Notes: generated by a model from the sequence alone, not told the origin. A DNA stretch of 64,000 nt from Octopus sinensis (GCF_006345805.1 NC_043010.1:15252001-15316000), one strand, 5' to 3'. Counted from the first letter of the stretch, positions 40,884-54,268 are shown. Numbers and translations: made by a program.

Positions 40884-41959
40884 ACTATCTGTGAATTGTG
40901 TTTCAGTTAGGTTTGAATTTCGGATCTGCGAACGACACAAAATACGTTGTGAGTCTACGTTTTCTAACTGTGAAGCAACTGCTTTTCTCTCGATGTACCT
41001 TCACCCACCTAAATATTATTAGTTAACGTGGTTTACACACAACCAGTTTTACATTGTATTTTCAATGATTAAACTTAGACTGACAGGACAGTAAAAAAAA
41101 TGACACCATAAACTTCCCGTTTCGTGGGCAATAAGTCACTAACCTGGGGTGCAACATGGAGTAATACTTTCCTAGCAGAAATATCTGGGGAAATCAGTGA
41201 AAGACCCACGATTCTTGGTGGACAATCGGAAGCTGTCAACCTAGCAGTTGCTCTCAGATTTCTTTTCGAAAATATAACGGTGAATACGACCGGTATACCT
41301 GTCTCGTGTGAACCAACACTTTTGTTTAATTTGTTCGGGTTAAAGATTGCTATCCTTAAGAATGAACTCATCGAGGTGGAAAAACTCTTTCATCACATCT
41401 CTCACTGAAAGGTAACACGTTCGCCATTTTGTCTGCCGGACGACACATTTGCATGAATCACTTAATCTATAATATAAGACTCTCGCTCTCAGTGTCTTGT
41501 TAATGCAAACAGCGCAGTGAACTACAGCACATTGTGATATTTTCTTAGAGCAAAATAGATTAAACACTTCCGCTCTGTTACGTGTCTTTCGACTCCATCT
41601 TCACTTTCTATCTTATTCTGCCACTTTCATGTTTTCTCTCTTGTTCCTTTTATCCTTCATCTTTAAGAAAAATATTTCGCGAAAAAATATATAATAATAA
41701 ATAAAATGAAAAGAAGGAAAAATGAAAGAAGCCACATGAAATAGAATGTACAAGCGGAGAGAAGAATGAATGAAAGTAGAGAGCGGAAGTGAAGAGAGAC
41801 AGAGGTAGAGACAAACGCAGACACAAGCATAAACCAAAGCATTATATATGCTTATGAGAGACACATAAAGAAACACACAGTTGGCCATAAAAGAATAACT
41901 TACCATAGACACAGACAGAATCCAAAATAAAATTTAGAAAAGCGCAATATGTGACTTAC

Positions 41960-42041
41960 CATATCCACCTATAAAGTTGAACGCATCAGATGTCACTACA
42001 GAGACAGCGAGAAAACAGAATACTACGCATAGTGAGTTCAT
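41960..42041 (-). CDS. Exon 1 (signal peptide) of uncharacterised secreted protein gene 1
   Basis: ATG at 42041; MNSLCVVFCFLAVSVVTSDAFNFIGGY+G; strong donor G|GTAAGT; phase 1 matches exon 2; spliced product 146 aa. Confidence 0.85.
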
Positions 42042-42110
42042 AGTGAGAGCAGTATTGAATAAGTTTCAAACCAATAAAAGAATGATGGATAAAGTTGAAA
42101 GTTATCCCTG

Positions 42111-42118
42111 TATTTATA
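42111..42118 (-). promoter_or_regulatory. TATA box of gene 1 (with Inr-like TCATTC at 42080-42085)
   Basis: TATAAATA on the minus strand, 77 nt upstream of the ATG. Confidence 0.65.
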
Positions 42119-42939
42119 GTTATATCACTGTCCCTCAATTAGATTAAACAATATTAGCAGATAATTTCTGCTGGATAAAATATATATAATAGCATATAAG
42201 TGGTTGCTCTGTTTAATGTCAGACAGGTGAATCAACAAAGCAGACGAGAACTTGAAGGGGAGGTTGGTGACCAAAACAGACGATAGTTGGTGGGGATGGA
42301 GAAAGAATGAAGAAAACAGACGATCAGCTGGTGGGGAGGGAAAATGAACTAAACAGATGATAGATTGGAGAGAGAATGCTAAGAAAAAAATAAATATATT
42401 AACAAATAAAGAGATAAAGTGGTGGAGATAAAGGTTAAAGAAAAATAGATGGAAGGGTTATCTAAAGTCTTTAGTAAACAATATTGCAACAGGTGATTTA
42501 CACAGTAAATAGAAAAACTGTTCACGATATTTTATTTTATATTCACTAATAGATACTTTCAGATAGTTTCCACACACTTTTTCTCACAATTAAAAGTTTT
42601 CATTGACATGTTCACCGTGTGTGAAATATTGTCTCGGAGTCTAGGTCTGTACTTTGTAATAAACTGGTGGTTTCTAGTTACGGCCTTGTACATGTAGTAC
42701 TGTTACATTATACATTGCACTGGTTCAGTCTTCAGCATGTAGCACTAATGTGACCATGGACTTCTGATAAATTTACAGTTTACTATATAAGACATTGCTA
42801 AGAGTTTGACAGGTGAATCGTTTATTGGCACAGTTTGGATAATTGTTAGTATTCTGATTAACTATATCGCATTTAACTGTCGTCTCCAACATGTCATAAT
42901 AATACATAGCACATGTGGTATTACTATTTACTACACTAA

Positions 42940-43320
42940 GGCGGCGAGCTGGCAGAAACGTTAGCACGCCGGGCGAAATGCTTAGCGGTATTTCGTCTGC
43001 CGTTACGTTCTCAGTTCAAATTCCACCGAGGTCGACTTTGCCTTTCATCCTTTCGGGGTTCGATAATTTAAGTACCAGTTACGCACTGGGATCGATATAA
43101 TCGACTTAATCCGTTTGTCTGTCGTTGTTTGTCCTCTCTGTTTTTGGATCCTTGTGGATAGTAAAGAAATAGGTATTTCGCCCGACGCTACGTTCTGAGT
43201 TTCCGCCGAGGTCGACGTTATCTTTCATCCTTTCAGGGTCTATAAATTAAGTGCCACTTATACACTGGCGTCGAGGTAATAGACTATCCCTCTCCCCCAA
43301 ATTTCAGTCCTTAGAAAGGA
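42940..43320 (+). mobile_element. SINE family B dimer
   Basis: aaggcggcgagctggcagaaacgttag head, B-box, two units. Confidence 0.85.
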
Positions 43321-43486
43321 TTATTATTTACTACGTCATACTGGTATCACCTACCAACTGCGATAATGATGCGGTTTTAGTATTTTAGTCAATTAAATTT
43401 CATTTCACTTCATGTAACACATATACCCCTGAGGCAGATTATATATCGCACTGTAAAATTGTAGCTAGACTCAGATAAAACATACA

Positions 43487-43793
43487 TTGTTTGTTCTTTC
43501 TCGAGCCACACCTGGCTCATAAGGGCCAGTTTCCCGGTTTCCTTAGGGTATAGGTTCACCACCTGGACTGGACACCGGTCTGTCGCAGGTGAACTGAAAG
43601 ATGCAGGAGGAAAGAGTGAGAGAAAGTTGTGGCGAAAGAGTCAGCAGAAATTTCACCATTACCTTCTGCTGGAGCCGCGTGGAGCTTAGGTGTTTTCGCT
43701 CATAAACACACACATCACTCGGTCTGAGATTCGAACCCGCGATCCTTCGACCGCGAGTCCGCTGCTCTAACCACAAAGCCATGTGCCTCCACA
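43487..43793 (-). mobile_element. SINE family C
   Basis: Consensus match. Confidence 0.88.
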
Positions 43794-44628
43794 CAACATA
43801 TACATAATCAATCCTATTCAAGTCGTGACCATCCTTTCATAAATTTATTTAAGACATAGGGTACAGGACTTTCTTAAATTTATTTAAGACATAGTGTATA
43901 GGGACTATATTTAGCCTATTCTTGTTTTGCTCTTTTTAAGAGAGTAAGACGCGATTTGAATGAGATTTGGCTACTATTTTTTGCAGGTGTTGGACCTCTC
44001 GTTAGTTAAATCTTATGGCAAAATGATAACTACTTGTAGAATTACAGACAAGTAGTCGTTGTATTCCTCCATTTGTTGATACATCTGACAGTATTATTGG
44101 CTTTACATGTGATGACCTTATGATCTCACGTAAGTGATAATTAGTATACGCTAGCATATGTACTAGCATTACTGTATAATACTTCTACAAGTCGTTTGGC
44201 TACAGTGAAAAACATGATATTTCTTCATACAGACTTCTAGAAGAAATTGCATTGTCTACATCAAAACTGCAGAATGTAACAGCGAGTTTCAGACAACAAA
44301 CCCAGCGGAATTCTTTCAATATTTTATTCATCATTCTGTCAATAGAGACACATATTATATCAAGAAAATTTGAATGAAGTAAAATAAAAGCAATATGATT
44401 TCTTTATCTCGCAGATGCACAACCAAGAAGCTTATACAGAAGTATTCACAATGCGTCACGTTTTTAACCAATACTGCTAGCATCAACACAATAACCGTTT
44501 CTATCGCAATGACCGTCGAGGCCACCATCGCAAATACAGCATTCTAATCACCACCAACACCGCTGCAATCATTACTACCCCTGTTATCAGTATCATCGTC
44601 AACCGTTCTAAGTAGACACGGACACAGG

Positions 44629-44670
<42 letters not shown>

Positions 44671-44910
44671 CACATACACACACATATACACGCACAAACA
44701 CACACACGCACACACACACACACACACACGCACAAGCACACGCAACCACGCACACGCACACACACATACACACACGCACACACACACACACGCAAACACG
44801 TATTTTTTATCTTCTACTTGTTTCAGCCATTTTCCCCGGCATGCTAAAGATTCTGCCAGCTCACCCGCCTTACAAATAACAATAATAACAATAGCAATGA
44901 TGATGGTTTA

Positions 44911-45538
44911 AAATTTTGGCACAAGGCCAGCAAGGTTGGAGTAAGGGGTAAGTCAATTACATCGACCCCAGTGCTCAGCAGGTACTTATTTTATCGATCC
45001 CGAAAAGATGAAAGGCAAAGTCGACGTCGGCGAAATTTGAACTCAGAACGCAAAGCCGGACAGAAGTAGTATCTTTTCGGTTTGAACAGCAGTTTTTTAT
45101 AGCGGTGTCATATGAAATTGTCACCCATAATTATGACCCTAGTATCGATCTATTGTATTTCAATCTGTTTTAGGGTTAGAGTTAGGGTGGGGGAAGGGTA
45201 TATTTTTTTCTTCACAAATGTATATAAACCCAATCTGTTTCTTAAACGAGGGACATATTCATACGGCACAGAATGCTTTTTAACTCAATAGACGTCATTG
45301 ATTGGATGAAATTGCAGAAATTGAAGACAAGAAACAGTAAATATATTACAAACTATAGAATTTTCTCAATTATGCCAAGAGAAAAAGATGTTTTATAAAC
45401 ACATTCTACCAGTATACAAAGTTTAAAAGTGTTTAGTTACGTGGAAATTATTTTAAAAAACTGCCGGTCAAACCGAAAAGATCCCAGAATTCTACTTTTT
45501 TGTCCGGCGGGCTAACGACTCTGCCAGCTCACCGCCTA
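44911..45538 (-). mobile_element. SINE family B copy interrupted by a MITE
   Basis: SINE body 44911-45068 resumes at 45485 (…ctgccagctcaccgcc). Confidence 0.75.
45069..45484 (+). mobile_element. hAT-type MITE (same family as 32031)
   Basis: Same TIRs and body; decayed TSD cagaagta/cagaattc (6/8). Confidence 0.88.
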
Positions 45539-45642
45539 AGTCAGGTGAAATATCTTAGGATTGTTTTCTACCACAGCCTGGAATCCATTGAAGTCCAATC
45601 TGTCACGTGGTTTAACATTCTTATATGAATTAAAGATACATT

Positions 45643-46078
45643 GGATCTTTTCGGTTTGAACGGCAGTTTTTAACATAACTTCTAGGTAACTAAAAAATGT
45701 TAAACTTCGTATACTGGTAGAATGTGTTTATAAAACATCTTTTTCTCTTGGCTTTATTGAGAAAATTCTATAGTTTGTAAGATATTTGTTGTTTTTTTCT
45801 TCAGTTTCTGCAATTTCAACCAATCACTGACGTCCATTGAGGTAAGCAACATTCTGTGCCGTATGAATATGTCCCTCGTTTAAGAAACAGATTGGGTTTA
45901 TTTACATTTGTGAAGAAAAAAAAAAGATACCCTTTCCCCCCACCCCTAACCCTAACCCTAACCCTAACTAACCCTAAAATAGACTGAAATGCAATAGATC
46001 GATACTAGGGTCATAATAATGGGTGACAATTTCATATGACACCGCGAGAAAAAACTGTCGTTCAAACCGAAAATATCC
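45643..46078 (-). mobile_element. hAT-type MITE (same family, inverted)
   Basis: TIRs; perfect 8-bp TSD GATACATT (45635-45642, 46079-46086). Confidence 0.92.
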
Positions 46079-46904
46079 GATACATTTAGCGAAGTTTACT
46101 ACGTTAAAAAGTATTTGCGATTCTAATCTATGGATACTTTCTTGCTCCTTCCAATTCTTACCGCGACTACGACCAGCAGCTTTGGAGGCCATGTACAATA
46201 TTTTATAATTCGGCTTCCTTCCTGACGAATCTGTTGAATGCAAAATTAAAATAAAATAAAATAAAATAAAATGAAATAAACATTTTCCAGGTTACTGTAT
46301 GCTTGCAACCAACAACAAAGAAGAAAAAAAAGGAAGAGGAAAGGAAAAGAAACAAAAACTAGCACCCGGCAATTCTTCTGCGAAGTAGAACAATAATTCT
46401 ACTCCATATAAATTCCAGAAGTAGTTACTGCTTAATGACGTGTAGTATAGTTTCAGCTGTATAGGAAATAAAGGCCAATTTTAAATGTCAGAGCTTTTGT
46501 CCTCGTTTATATATCATTGTTATTTAACCGATTTGTATATATCTCACTGGAAATGGCAAACTATGTCATGTTTGTTGTTGTTCAGCAATCTGTGTCATGT
46601 TTATTGCTGTTGTTTTGTTGTTCCGACTCCAAGACGCCCATGATCGAACGAAGTTGGTCTCCATGTCCAGCTTTTCGGGGGGCGCAAGTGTACCTGAAGC
46701 AGCATCAACCAATTTATTAATGAATCTCTATCTTTATCTTTTTTCTTCAGCTTGTTTATGGCATTGGACTACGGCCATACTGGAACACCACCTCGAAAGA
46801 TTTAGACAAACAAAGCGACACAAGAATTAAATTATTAGTAATAATTGTTGTATCAGTCTCTTATTCCGAACAGTTATTCCAATTATAATTTATCATAAAT
46901 ATTT

Positions 46905-47063
46905 GAGCTTGTGGTAAAAAGCTTATTTCCAAACAACATGGTTTGGGGTTCAGTCCCACTTTGTGGCACCTTCGGCAAGTGTCTTCTTCTATAGCTCTGG
47001 GCCGACCAAAGCCTTGTGGAAACTGAAAGAAGCCTGTCATATATATATAATACATACATACAT

Positions 47064-47114
<51 letters not shown>

Positions 47115-47357
47115 TGTGTATGTGTGTGTGTGTATGTATGTGTATATGTATGTGTGTGTTTTGTGTCTGTGTTTGTCCCCCACCGCCACTTATCGACCAG
47201 TGTTGGTGTGCTCACGTGTCCGTCACTTAGCAGTTCGGTAAACGAGATTGATAGAATAAGTACCAGGCAAAAATAAAAAAAAATAAATATTGGGGTCGAA
47301 AATGCAAGACGGTGCCCCAGCATTGCCACACCATAATGAATGAAACAGATAAAAGAG
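46905..47357 (+). mobile_element. SINE family A (diverged)
   Basis: Recognisable head and 3' half. Confidence 0.75.
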
Positions 47358-47696
47358 AAAATACAATCTGTTTTAGTGATTCAATATATCACTGAATGGT
47401 TGCCACAAAGGCAGACGAACATTGCAGCCGGGGTTTCAAATGGTTTGTAATCCATATTCAGCGAATGTCACAAAGATTAAGATGGAAGAAGAATCGATAT
47501 CGTCTACTGTTTTAAACGACCTGATGAAAACTTTAGAAGAAAATGTACAACCAAACGTTTCTTGCAATGTCAGAAGATATCGTAGCACTAAGTCGATAAT
47601 TTCAGAACATAGTTAAATATACAAAGAAGATTAAAGAAGCTTGATATGAGGCATCGAGAAATTTTATGTCAAATGCAGGTTCATAACTGCTATATA

Positions 47697-47945
47697 CTCT
47701 TTTACTCTTTTACTCGTTTCAGTCATTTGGCTGTGGCCATGCTGGAGCACCGCCTTTAGTCGAGCAAATCGACCCAAGGACTTATTCTTTGTAAGCCGCC
47801 TATTCCATCGGTCTCTATTGCCGAACCGCTAAGTTACGGGGACGTAGACACACCAGCATCGGTTGTCAGACGATGTTGGGGAGACAAACACGAACACACA
47901 CACACGCACACACACACACATACACACACACAAACACACACACAT

Positions 47946-47997
<52 letters not shown>

Positions 47998-48245
47998 TAT
48001 ATATATATATATACATATACATATACATATATACGTCGGGCTTCTTTCAGTTTCCGTCTACCAAATCCACTCACAAGGCTTTGGTCGGCCCGAGGCTATA
48101 GTAGAAGACACTTGCCCAAGGTGCCACTATATATATATGTATATATATATACGACGGGCTTCTTTCAGTTTCCGTCTACCATATCCACTCACAAAGCTTT
48201 TTGTCGTCCCGAGGCTATAGTAGATGGCACTTGCCCAAGGTGCCA
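47697..48245 (-). mobile_element. SINE family A with an internal ~100-bp duplication
   Basis: gggcttctttcagtttccgtctacc…cttgcccaaggtgcca occurs at about 48037 and again at 48155. Confidence 0.85.
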
Positions 48246-48742
48246 ATAATAATAATAATAATAATGTATTCATAATAATGTGTATGAGCTGATGTATGTG
48301 TGATAATACGCATACACAAACATACACACACACATGCACTCACAGATGCACACAGATATACACACACATATAAGCGGTTCAACGAAGGCTACCAGGCTGA
48401 AAGTTCGAAGTCACTGTCACCCTTCTTATGTAAAAATTTAATAAAAAATTTAATACCTCATAAATACTTCAGTTTAATGTTAAATTCGCTAAATTACTTT
48501 TACAACTGAACACAAAATGAAGCATTAATTACCAGAAGTGATAAAATCAAACACTAATTTAATTTACTTTATTTTAATTCATTTTCTCTTTTATTCTAAT
48601 ATAATAATATGAATAGATGGTCTTAAGGCGATTGGAACCTGTAGCTTCTAATTAGAAGAAGCAAAAACTGTCTTTCTTTTCCCAAAGTAGAGTTCTGTAA
48701 CCATTTTCTTTTTCTCGTTCTTAGTCATATATTTATCTTATA

Positions 48743-48784
<42 letters not shown>

Positions 48785-48898
48785 TATATATATATATATA
48801 TGTGTGTGTATAAGGGTGGAAAGGAACACACGAGTTGATATATATGAAAAAACAAGTCAAAAATAGAAAATGCTAAGATGATTTTATAGTGAATCTTT

Positions 48899-48936
48899 CA
48901 GTACCGGTTTCGGTCATTTTGAGACCTTTTCAACTG
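48899..48936 (-). ncRNA. Minimal type I hammerhead, U3-A8 compensatory core
   Basis: cag-UUGAAAA-GGTC tcaaaat GACC-GAAA-CCGG-UA-ctg; palindromic stem III ACCGGT; GUA triplet. Confidence 0.7.
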
Positions 48937-49197
48937 TAACGATTAAATAATTAAATTTAGAAAAATTAGAAGAAAAGTTTTTTTTTAAAAGAATATTTCT
49001 GTAGTAGTGTTCAGATATAAGTAGCATTCTGCCTTTCTCTGACTCCTTTTTTGCACTTGTGTGTTCGACCTCGAACACACATGCAAACAAGGGAGTCAGA
49101 GAAAGGCAGATGCTACTTATATCTGAACACTACTACAGAAATTTCTTTTAAAAAAAACTTTTCTCTAATTTTTCTAAATTTAATTTTTTAATCGTTA

Positions 49198-49233
49198 CAG
49201 TTGAAAAGGTCTCAATGACCGAAACCGTTACTG
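49198..49233 (+). ncRNA. Minimal hammerhead, U3-A8 core (second arm; one stem III mismatch)
   Basis: cag-UUGAAAA-GGTC tcaat GACC-GAAA-CCGT-UA-ctg. Confidence 0.6.
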
Positions 49234-49279
49234 AAAGATTCACTATAAAATCATTTAGCATTTTCTATTTTTGACTTGT

Positions 49280-49319
<40 letters not shown>

Positions 49320-49851
49320 TATAATATATATATATTATATATATAAATATATTATATTTATATATATATGTATATAGATATATAATAGATATATACATAT
49401 AATATATATATAATATATATATAATATACTCACATGTATACATACACAAACACACACCACATAATAGATATATGTATATATGTATGTTTGTGTGTGTGTT
49501 AGGAAGGGCAAACAAAACAGAAAGAAGTCGAAACAAGAGTATATATATATCATACTATTTTTAACCTGTAGAAGTTACGACATGACTCAAGGAACGAATC
49601 TAGATCACATTATCTGTTAGGATGATTTATATTAAAGATAATAATATGTGTGTGTGTGTGTGTGTGGTGTGTGTGTGTGTGTGTGTGTAGTCTTTGCTGT
49701 TAAAGTCTAGTGGATTTGTCTTAAGATCCGTTGGCTACGATTATAGATAAGATTAGCAATATTTATTGAAATATCTAATGATGACAGGGAAAGCACTTGG
49801 ACATACATCATGCGGAGGAGATTGAAGAGGTACAAGGTATTTGTTGATCTT

Positions 49852-49908
<57 letters not shown>

Positions 49909-50100
49909 TATATGTAGTATATGAGTGTGCATATATATATTATTCAAAGAAATTCCAACTCTGTTTTTTATGTTTTATTTATATTCTTTATGATATTAAT
50001 GTAGAATATAGAATATATCGTATAAATAATATATATATGATAAAATGAAACGAAGTATTGATTGTCTTATTGAATAGATAAAATATTGAATATAAAATAT

Positions 50101-50569
50101 TAAGGGACTAGTAAACTTCCTTGCATTAAAGCAGTCTTCAAGGTCGCAGGTTGTGACAGCAGTATTTTAAGGGACTAGTATACTTTCTTGCATTAAAGCA
50201 GTCTTCAAGGTCCCAAGTTGTGACAGGAGTGTTTTAAGGGACTAGTATACTTCCTTGGATTAAAGCAGTCTTCAAGGTCCCAAGTTGTGACAGGAGTGTT
50301 TTAAGGGACTAGTATACTTTCTTGCATTAAAGCAGTCTTCAAGGTCCCAAGTTGTGACAGGAGTGTTTTAAGGGACTAGTATACTTCCTTGGATTAAAGC
50401 AGTCTTCAAGGTCCCAAGTTGTGACAGGAGTGTTTTAAGGGACTAGTATACTTTCTTGCATTAAAGCAGTCTTCAAAGTCCCAAGTTGTGACAGGAGTGT
50501 TTTAAGGGACTAGTATACTTTCTTGCATTAAAGCAGTCTTCAAAGTCCCAAGTTGTGACAGGAGTGTTT
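50101..50569. repeat. Minisatellite, 7 x 67 bp, followed by a fold-back inverted copy (50579-50689) of one unit plus the left flank
   Basis: taagggactag at 50101, 50168, 50235, 50302, 50369, 50436 and 50503. Confidence 0.95.
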
Positions 50570-52057
50570 CAACAGTTGAAACACTCCTGTCACAACTTGG
50601 GACCTTGAAGACTGCTATAATGTAAGAAAGTATACTAGTCCCTTAATATTTGATATTCAACATTTCATCTATTCAATAAGACAATCAATGTATGTATGTA
50701 TGTATGTATGTATGTATGTATGTATGTATGTATATGAATGTTCCTGCATTTTGAACCAACGAGAAGAGATTACTCAATACTTCTTGTAGAGTTTCTATAT
50801 ATTAGGAAATATTATTCCAAACTTACAGGGAAAAATTTAATTTAGAAATACTAAAACAAATTTCACAAAATATAAAATATATATATAAATTAGAACCCCC
50901 CCCCCACCTTTTATCAATTCAGCAATGAAAATATTTAATTATACCATATAGAAAAAAAATTACATCCCATAGAAAAAATTAAATACAAGATAAAAACATA
51001 TACCAATGATTAAGTAATGTGCAAAATAATAAATAAAACGTATATATTTGGTAAAATATATACGTACATACATTTATATATATACGTACATACGTACATA
51101 CATTACGTACAAAGATATATAAATACATATATATATATATACATATAAACATACATTTATACACGCTCAGTCACCAAGCTGAAAACCAACAGAGATTCAC
51201 ACACATTTATATATAAGCGTATGCGCGCTTGTATGATTACCCGTCTTCACGTGTGCTGTTAGCCAGAAAATTACTGCAAGCTAGAAAGAATACACTGTAT
51301 CTGACACGCCGTAAAGTCAAAGGTTTCTATTTTTTTTTGCGACATTATAATTTACACATTTGCGATTTATTTTCTTATTTTACAATTCAGAATAGTTCAT
51401 TATAGCTGTTTTCACAATCTATCGGACTGATCAAACAAATCTTTATTAAAATGTTTTATACAACACCTCCTTGGTTACTTTCTATAATTTTTAATCATGT
51501 ATGCGCACAAAATTGATAGAATATGCAAATTTCGGTTCCCCAACGAGATAGTGAAAGTAGATGTGAGCTGAATTCTTAATTGCATTTACACTTGTAAAAT
51601 ATTTGAAAATAATTTTAAAATGTAGCTTTTATGTGAAGGTCATAAATTTGCATCGAATTTTTTCTAATAGTCAAGATAAGTTATTCAATGCAGGTGGCGG
51701 GGAAATAGTTGAATGACGACGAGGGAGAGGAAGGGTAATACGAAGACGAGGGAGAGCAAGGGTAATATGAGGACGAGGATGAGGAGGAAAGTAGTATGTT
51801 TTTTGTGCGTCCATAATTAATGGTGAGATTGATGTGGACAATATTCGGGTTTAATACATTAATTTATGTATCTAATTCTCTACAACGCCTCTTTTGTCGC
51901 CATGAGACATGTTCGCGTCTGGAAGCGATATTCTTCCGTAACGCTCAACCTTCTGGTAATAGGCAAAATTTAAAACCAGGCTCTCACTACTATAATCAAA
52001 GGAAGCTTTGTATAATATACTTCTAATTATTGCTAAATATATGAGATAATTAGCTCT

Positions 52058-52510
52058 GTGTGTGACGAGACACATAAAACCGCAACAAGATCTTTCCAAC
52101 CAACTCTGATTTTCGACAAGCGTTCTGATCTCATTTCAACTTCACCCTTCCTGTCTCCTTATCTTGTCAATGGTTCTTCACCATGTTGTTTTAGCGCGGG
52201 GATGGGGGCTGATCTTTTCCCCTCAGGCTACCACTTTAGTGTCGCCATACAATCGCCGGCTCGATCTTGTCTGAGAACGTGGCCGATCCAGTTCCAGCGT
52301 TCGCATCTTATTCCGTCACTGATGGTCTTGACGTCCATTGTCACCGCATTTTAGAGATTTTTTATGAGGTAATTACATCTTGAATATCGGTACACATTGC
52401 TCTGGACAGTCGGAGACGACTGCACGGTTGTGGACAACCAAACGACAACTAAAATTAAGTCGGAGAATGAGCTGTCGAAACACGATATTTGCAGGATGAA
52501 ATTTTGATGA
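52058..52510 (-). mobile_element. RTE-type LINE 3' remnant (stops and frameshift)
   Basis: RWNWIGHVLRQDRAGDCMATLKW*PEGKR…KTTW*RTIDK…G*S*NEIRTL, typical of the RTE ORF C-terminus. Confidence 0.8.
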
Positions 52511-52534
52511 GAGAATGCAGAAATCAAAGAATGC

Positions 52535-53168
52535 AAGGCGGCTAGCTGCCAGAAACGTTAGCACGCCGGGCGAAACACTTAGCGGTATTTCGTCTGCCAC
52601 TATGTTTTGAGTTCAAATTCCGCCGAAGTCGACTTTGCCTTTCATCCTTTCCGGGACGATAAATTAAGTACCAGTTGCGCGCTGGGGTCGATCTAATCGA
52701 CTTAATCCGTCTGTCTGTCCTTGTTTGTCCTCTCTGTGTTTAGCCCCTTGTGGGTAGTAAAGAAATATGTATTTCGTCTGTCTTTACGTTTTGAGTTCAA
52801 ATTTCGCCGAGGTCGACTTTGACTTCCATCCTTTCGGGGTCGATTAAATAAGTACCAGTTGCGCACTGGGGTCGATATAATCGACTTAATCCTTTTGTCT
52901 GTCCTTGTTTGTTCCCTCTTTGTTTATCCCCTTGTGGGCAATAAAGAAATAAGAATCGTTAGCTCGCCGGGCGGAATGCTTAGCGGGATTTCGTCTGCCG
53001 TTACGTTCTGAGTCCAAATTCCACAGAGGTTGACTTTGCCTTTCATCCTTTCGGGGTCGATAAATTAAGTACCAGTTACACACTGGGGTGGATCTAATCG
53101 ACTTAATCCGTTTGTCTGTCCTTGTTTGTCCCCTTTGTGTGTAGCCCCTTGTGGTCAATAAAGAAATA
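52535..53168 (+). mobile_element. SINE family B trimer with 14-bp TSD
   Basis: Three head-to-tail units; AGAATGCAGAAATC at 52512-52525 and 53169-53182. Confidence 0.88.
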
Positions 53169-53899
53169 AGAATGCAGAAATCTGACTATATTTGTCAAAC
53201 ATTTTTCATCGAGTGATATCGAAGTAGAAAGAATAATACGCTCGTTTCTTAGAATCATACAGTAAAAGCACAAGTAACACGTAAAACCAATAAAATACCT
53301 CCCCTGAAATATGAGACCGACGCTGTCTCGGAAGGTTGATGATTAATGAATTCATCTGAATTCGAGGAACTTGATGCATATTATAGTCTATACATATTAT
53401 AATCTATACATTACCTTACCAATATAACGTTAGCTGATTCAGAGCTGTGGTGTGTCTCTACATGATAAAATATGGAAAAAGTTTAAAGAAGTCCAAATAA
53501 ATAAAATAGAGCAAATACCAGTTAGTGTTACGACTAGGCCATGCTTTTGTGTACTCGACATGTTAGGTACTTCATCAGCAGATTTTAGGGGATGAGAGGG
53601 AGAGAGAGAAAGGCTATAGCACTAATGGTGTCTTTTTAAAGATCATCTTGGATACAGGCAATTACAAACCGGAGCAGTATGAATAATATATAAAAACGCA
53701 ATACAGTCTAACATATAAAATGTACTGAGTAAAAAAGCTTCAATTAAATGGTGTTATTTCTGCAATTGAGAGGACAATATATTTAGGAGTGAACTTTGAC
53801 CTCAAAAGCAAATATTCAAAGAATTGGACATTGTTTCAGCCTCATTAGTTCTCATTAGCGGAGTATATTGTGCTCCTTTGATGATGCTATAAAATTATC

Positions 53900-54176
53900 T
53901 ATTTCATTTACTTGTTTCAGTCTTTTGACTGCAGCCATGTTGGAGCACCGTCTTTAGTCGAATAAATCGACCCTAGGACTTATTCTTTGTAAGCCTCGTA
54001 TGTATTCTGTCAGGCTCTTTTGTCGAACCGCTTAGTTACAGGGATGTAAGCACACCAACATCGGTTGTAAAGCGATGGTGAGGCAGCAAGCACAGATACA
54101 CACAGAAATATATATATATATAATATACGACAGGCTTCTTTCAGTTTCCGTCTGGTTGGCCCGCGGCTATAGTAGA
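53900..54176 (-). mobile_element. SINE family A (diverged, partial)
   Basis: Consensus match. Confidence 0.8.
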
Positions 54177-54205
54177 ACATTTTCGCATTTCAGCTTTATA
54201 CATAT

Positions 54206-54268
<63 letters not shown>

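Larger units (their letters stand above)
48841..49289. repeat. Near-perfect ~450-bp palindrome (about 220-bp arms); probable inverted PLE terminal repeats
   Basis: aacaagtcaaaaatagaaaatgct… versus …agcattttctatttttgacttgtt; centre gtgtgttcgacctcgaacacac at about 49069. Confidence 0.92.
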
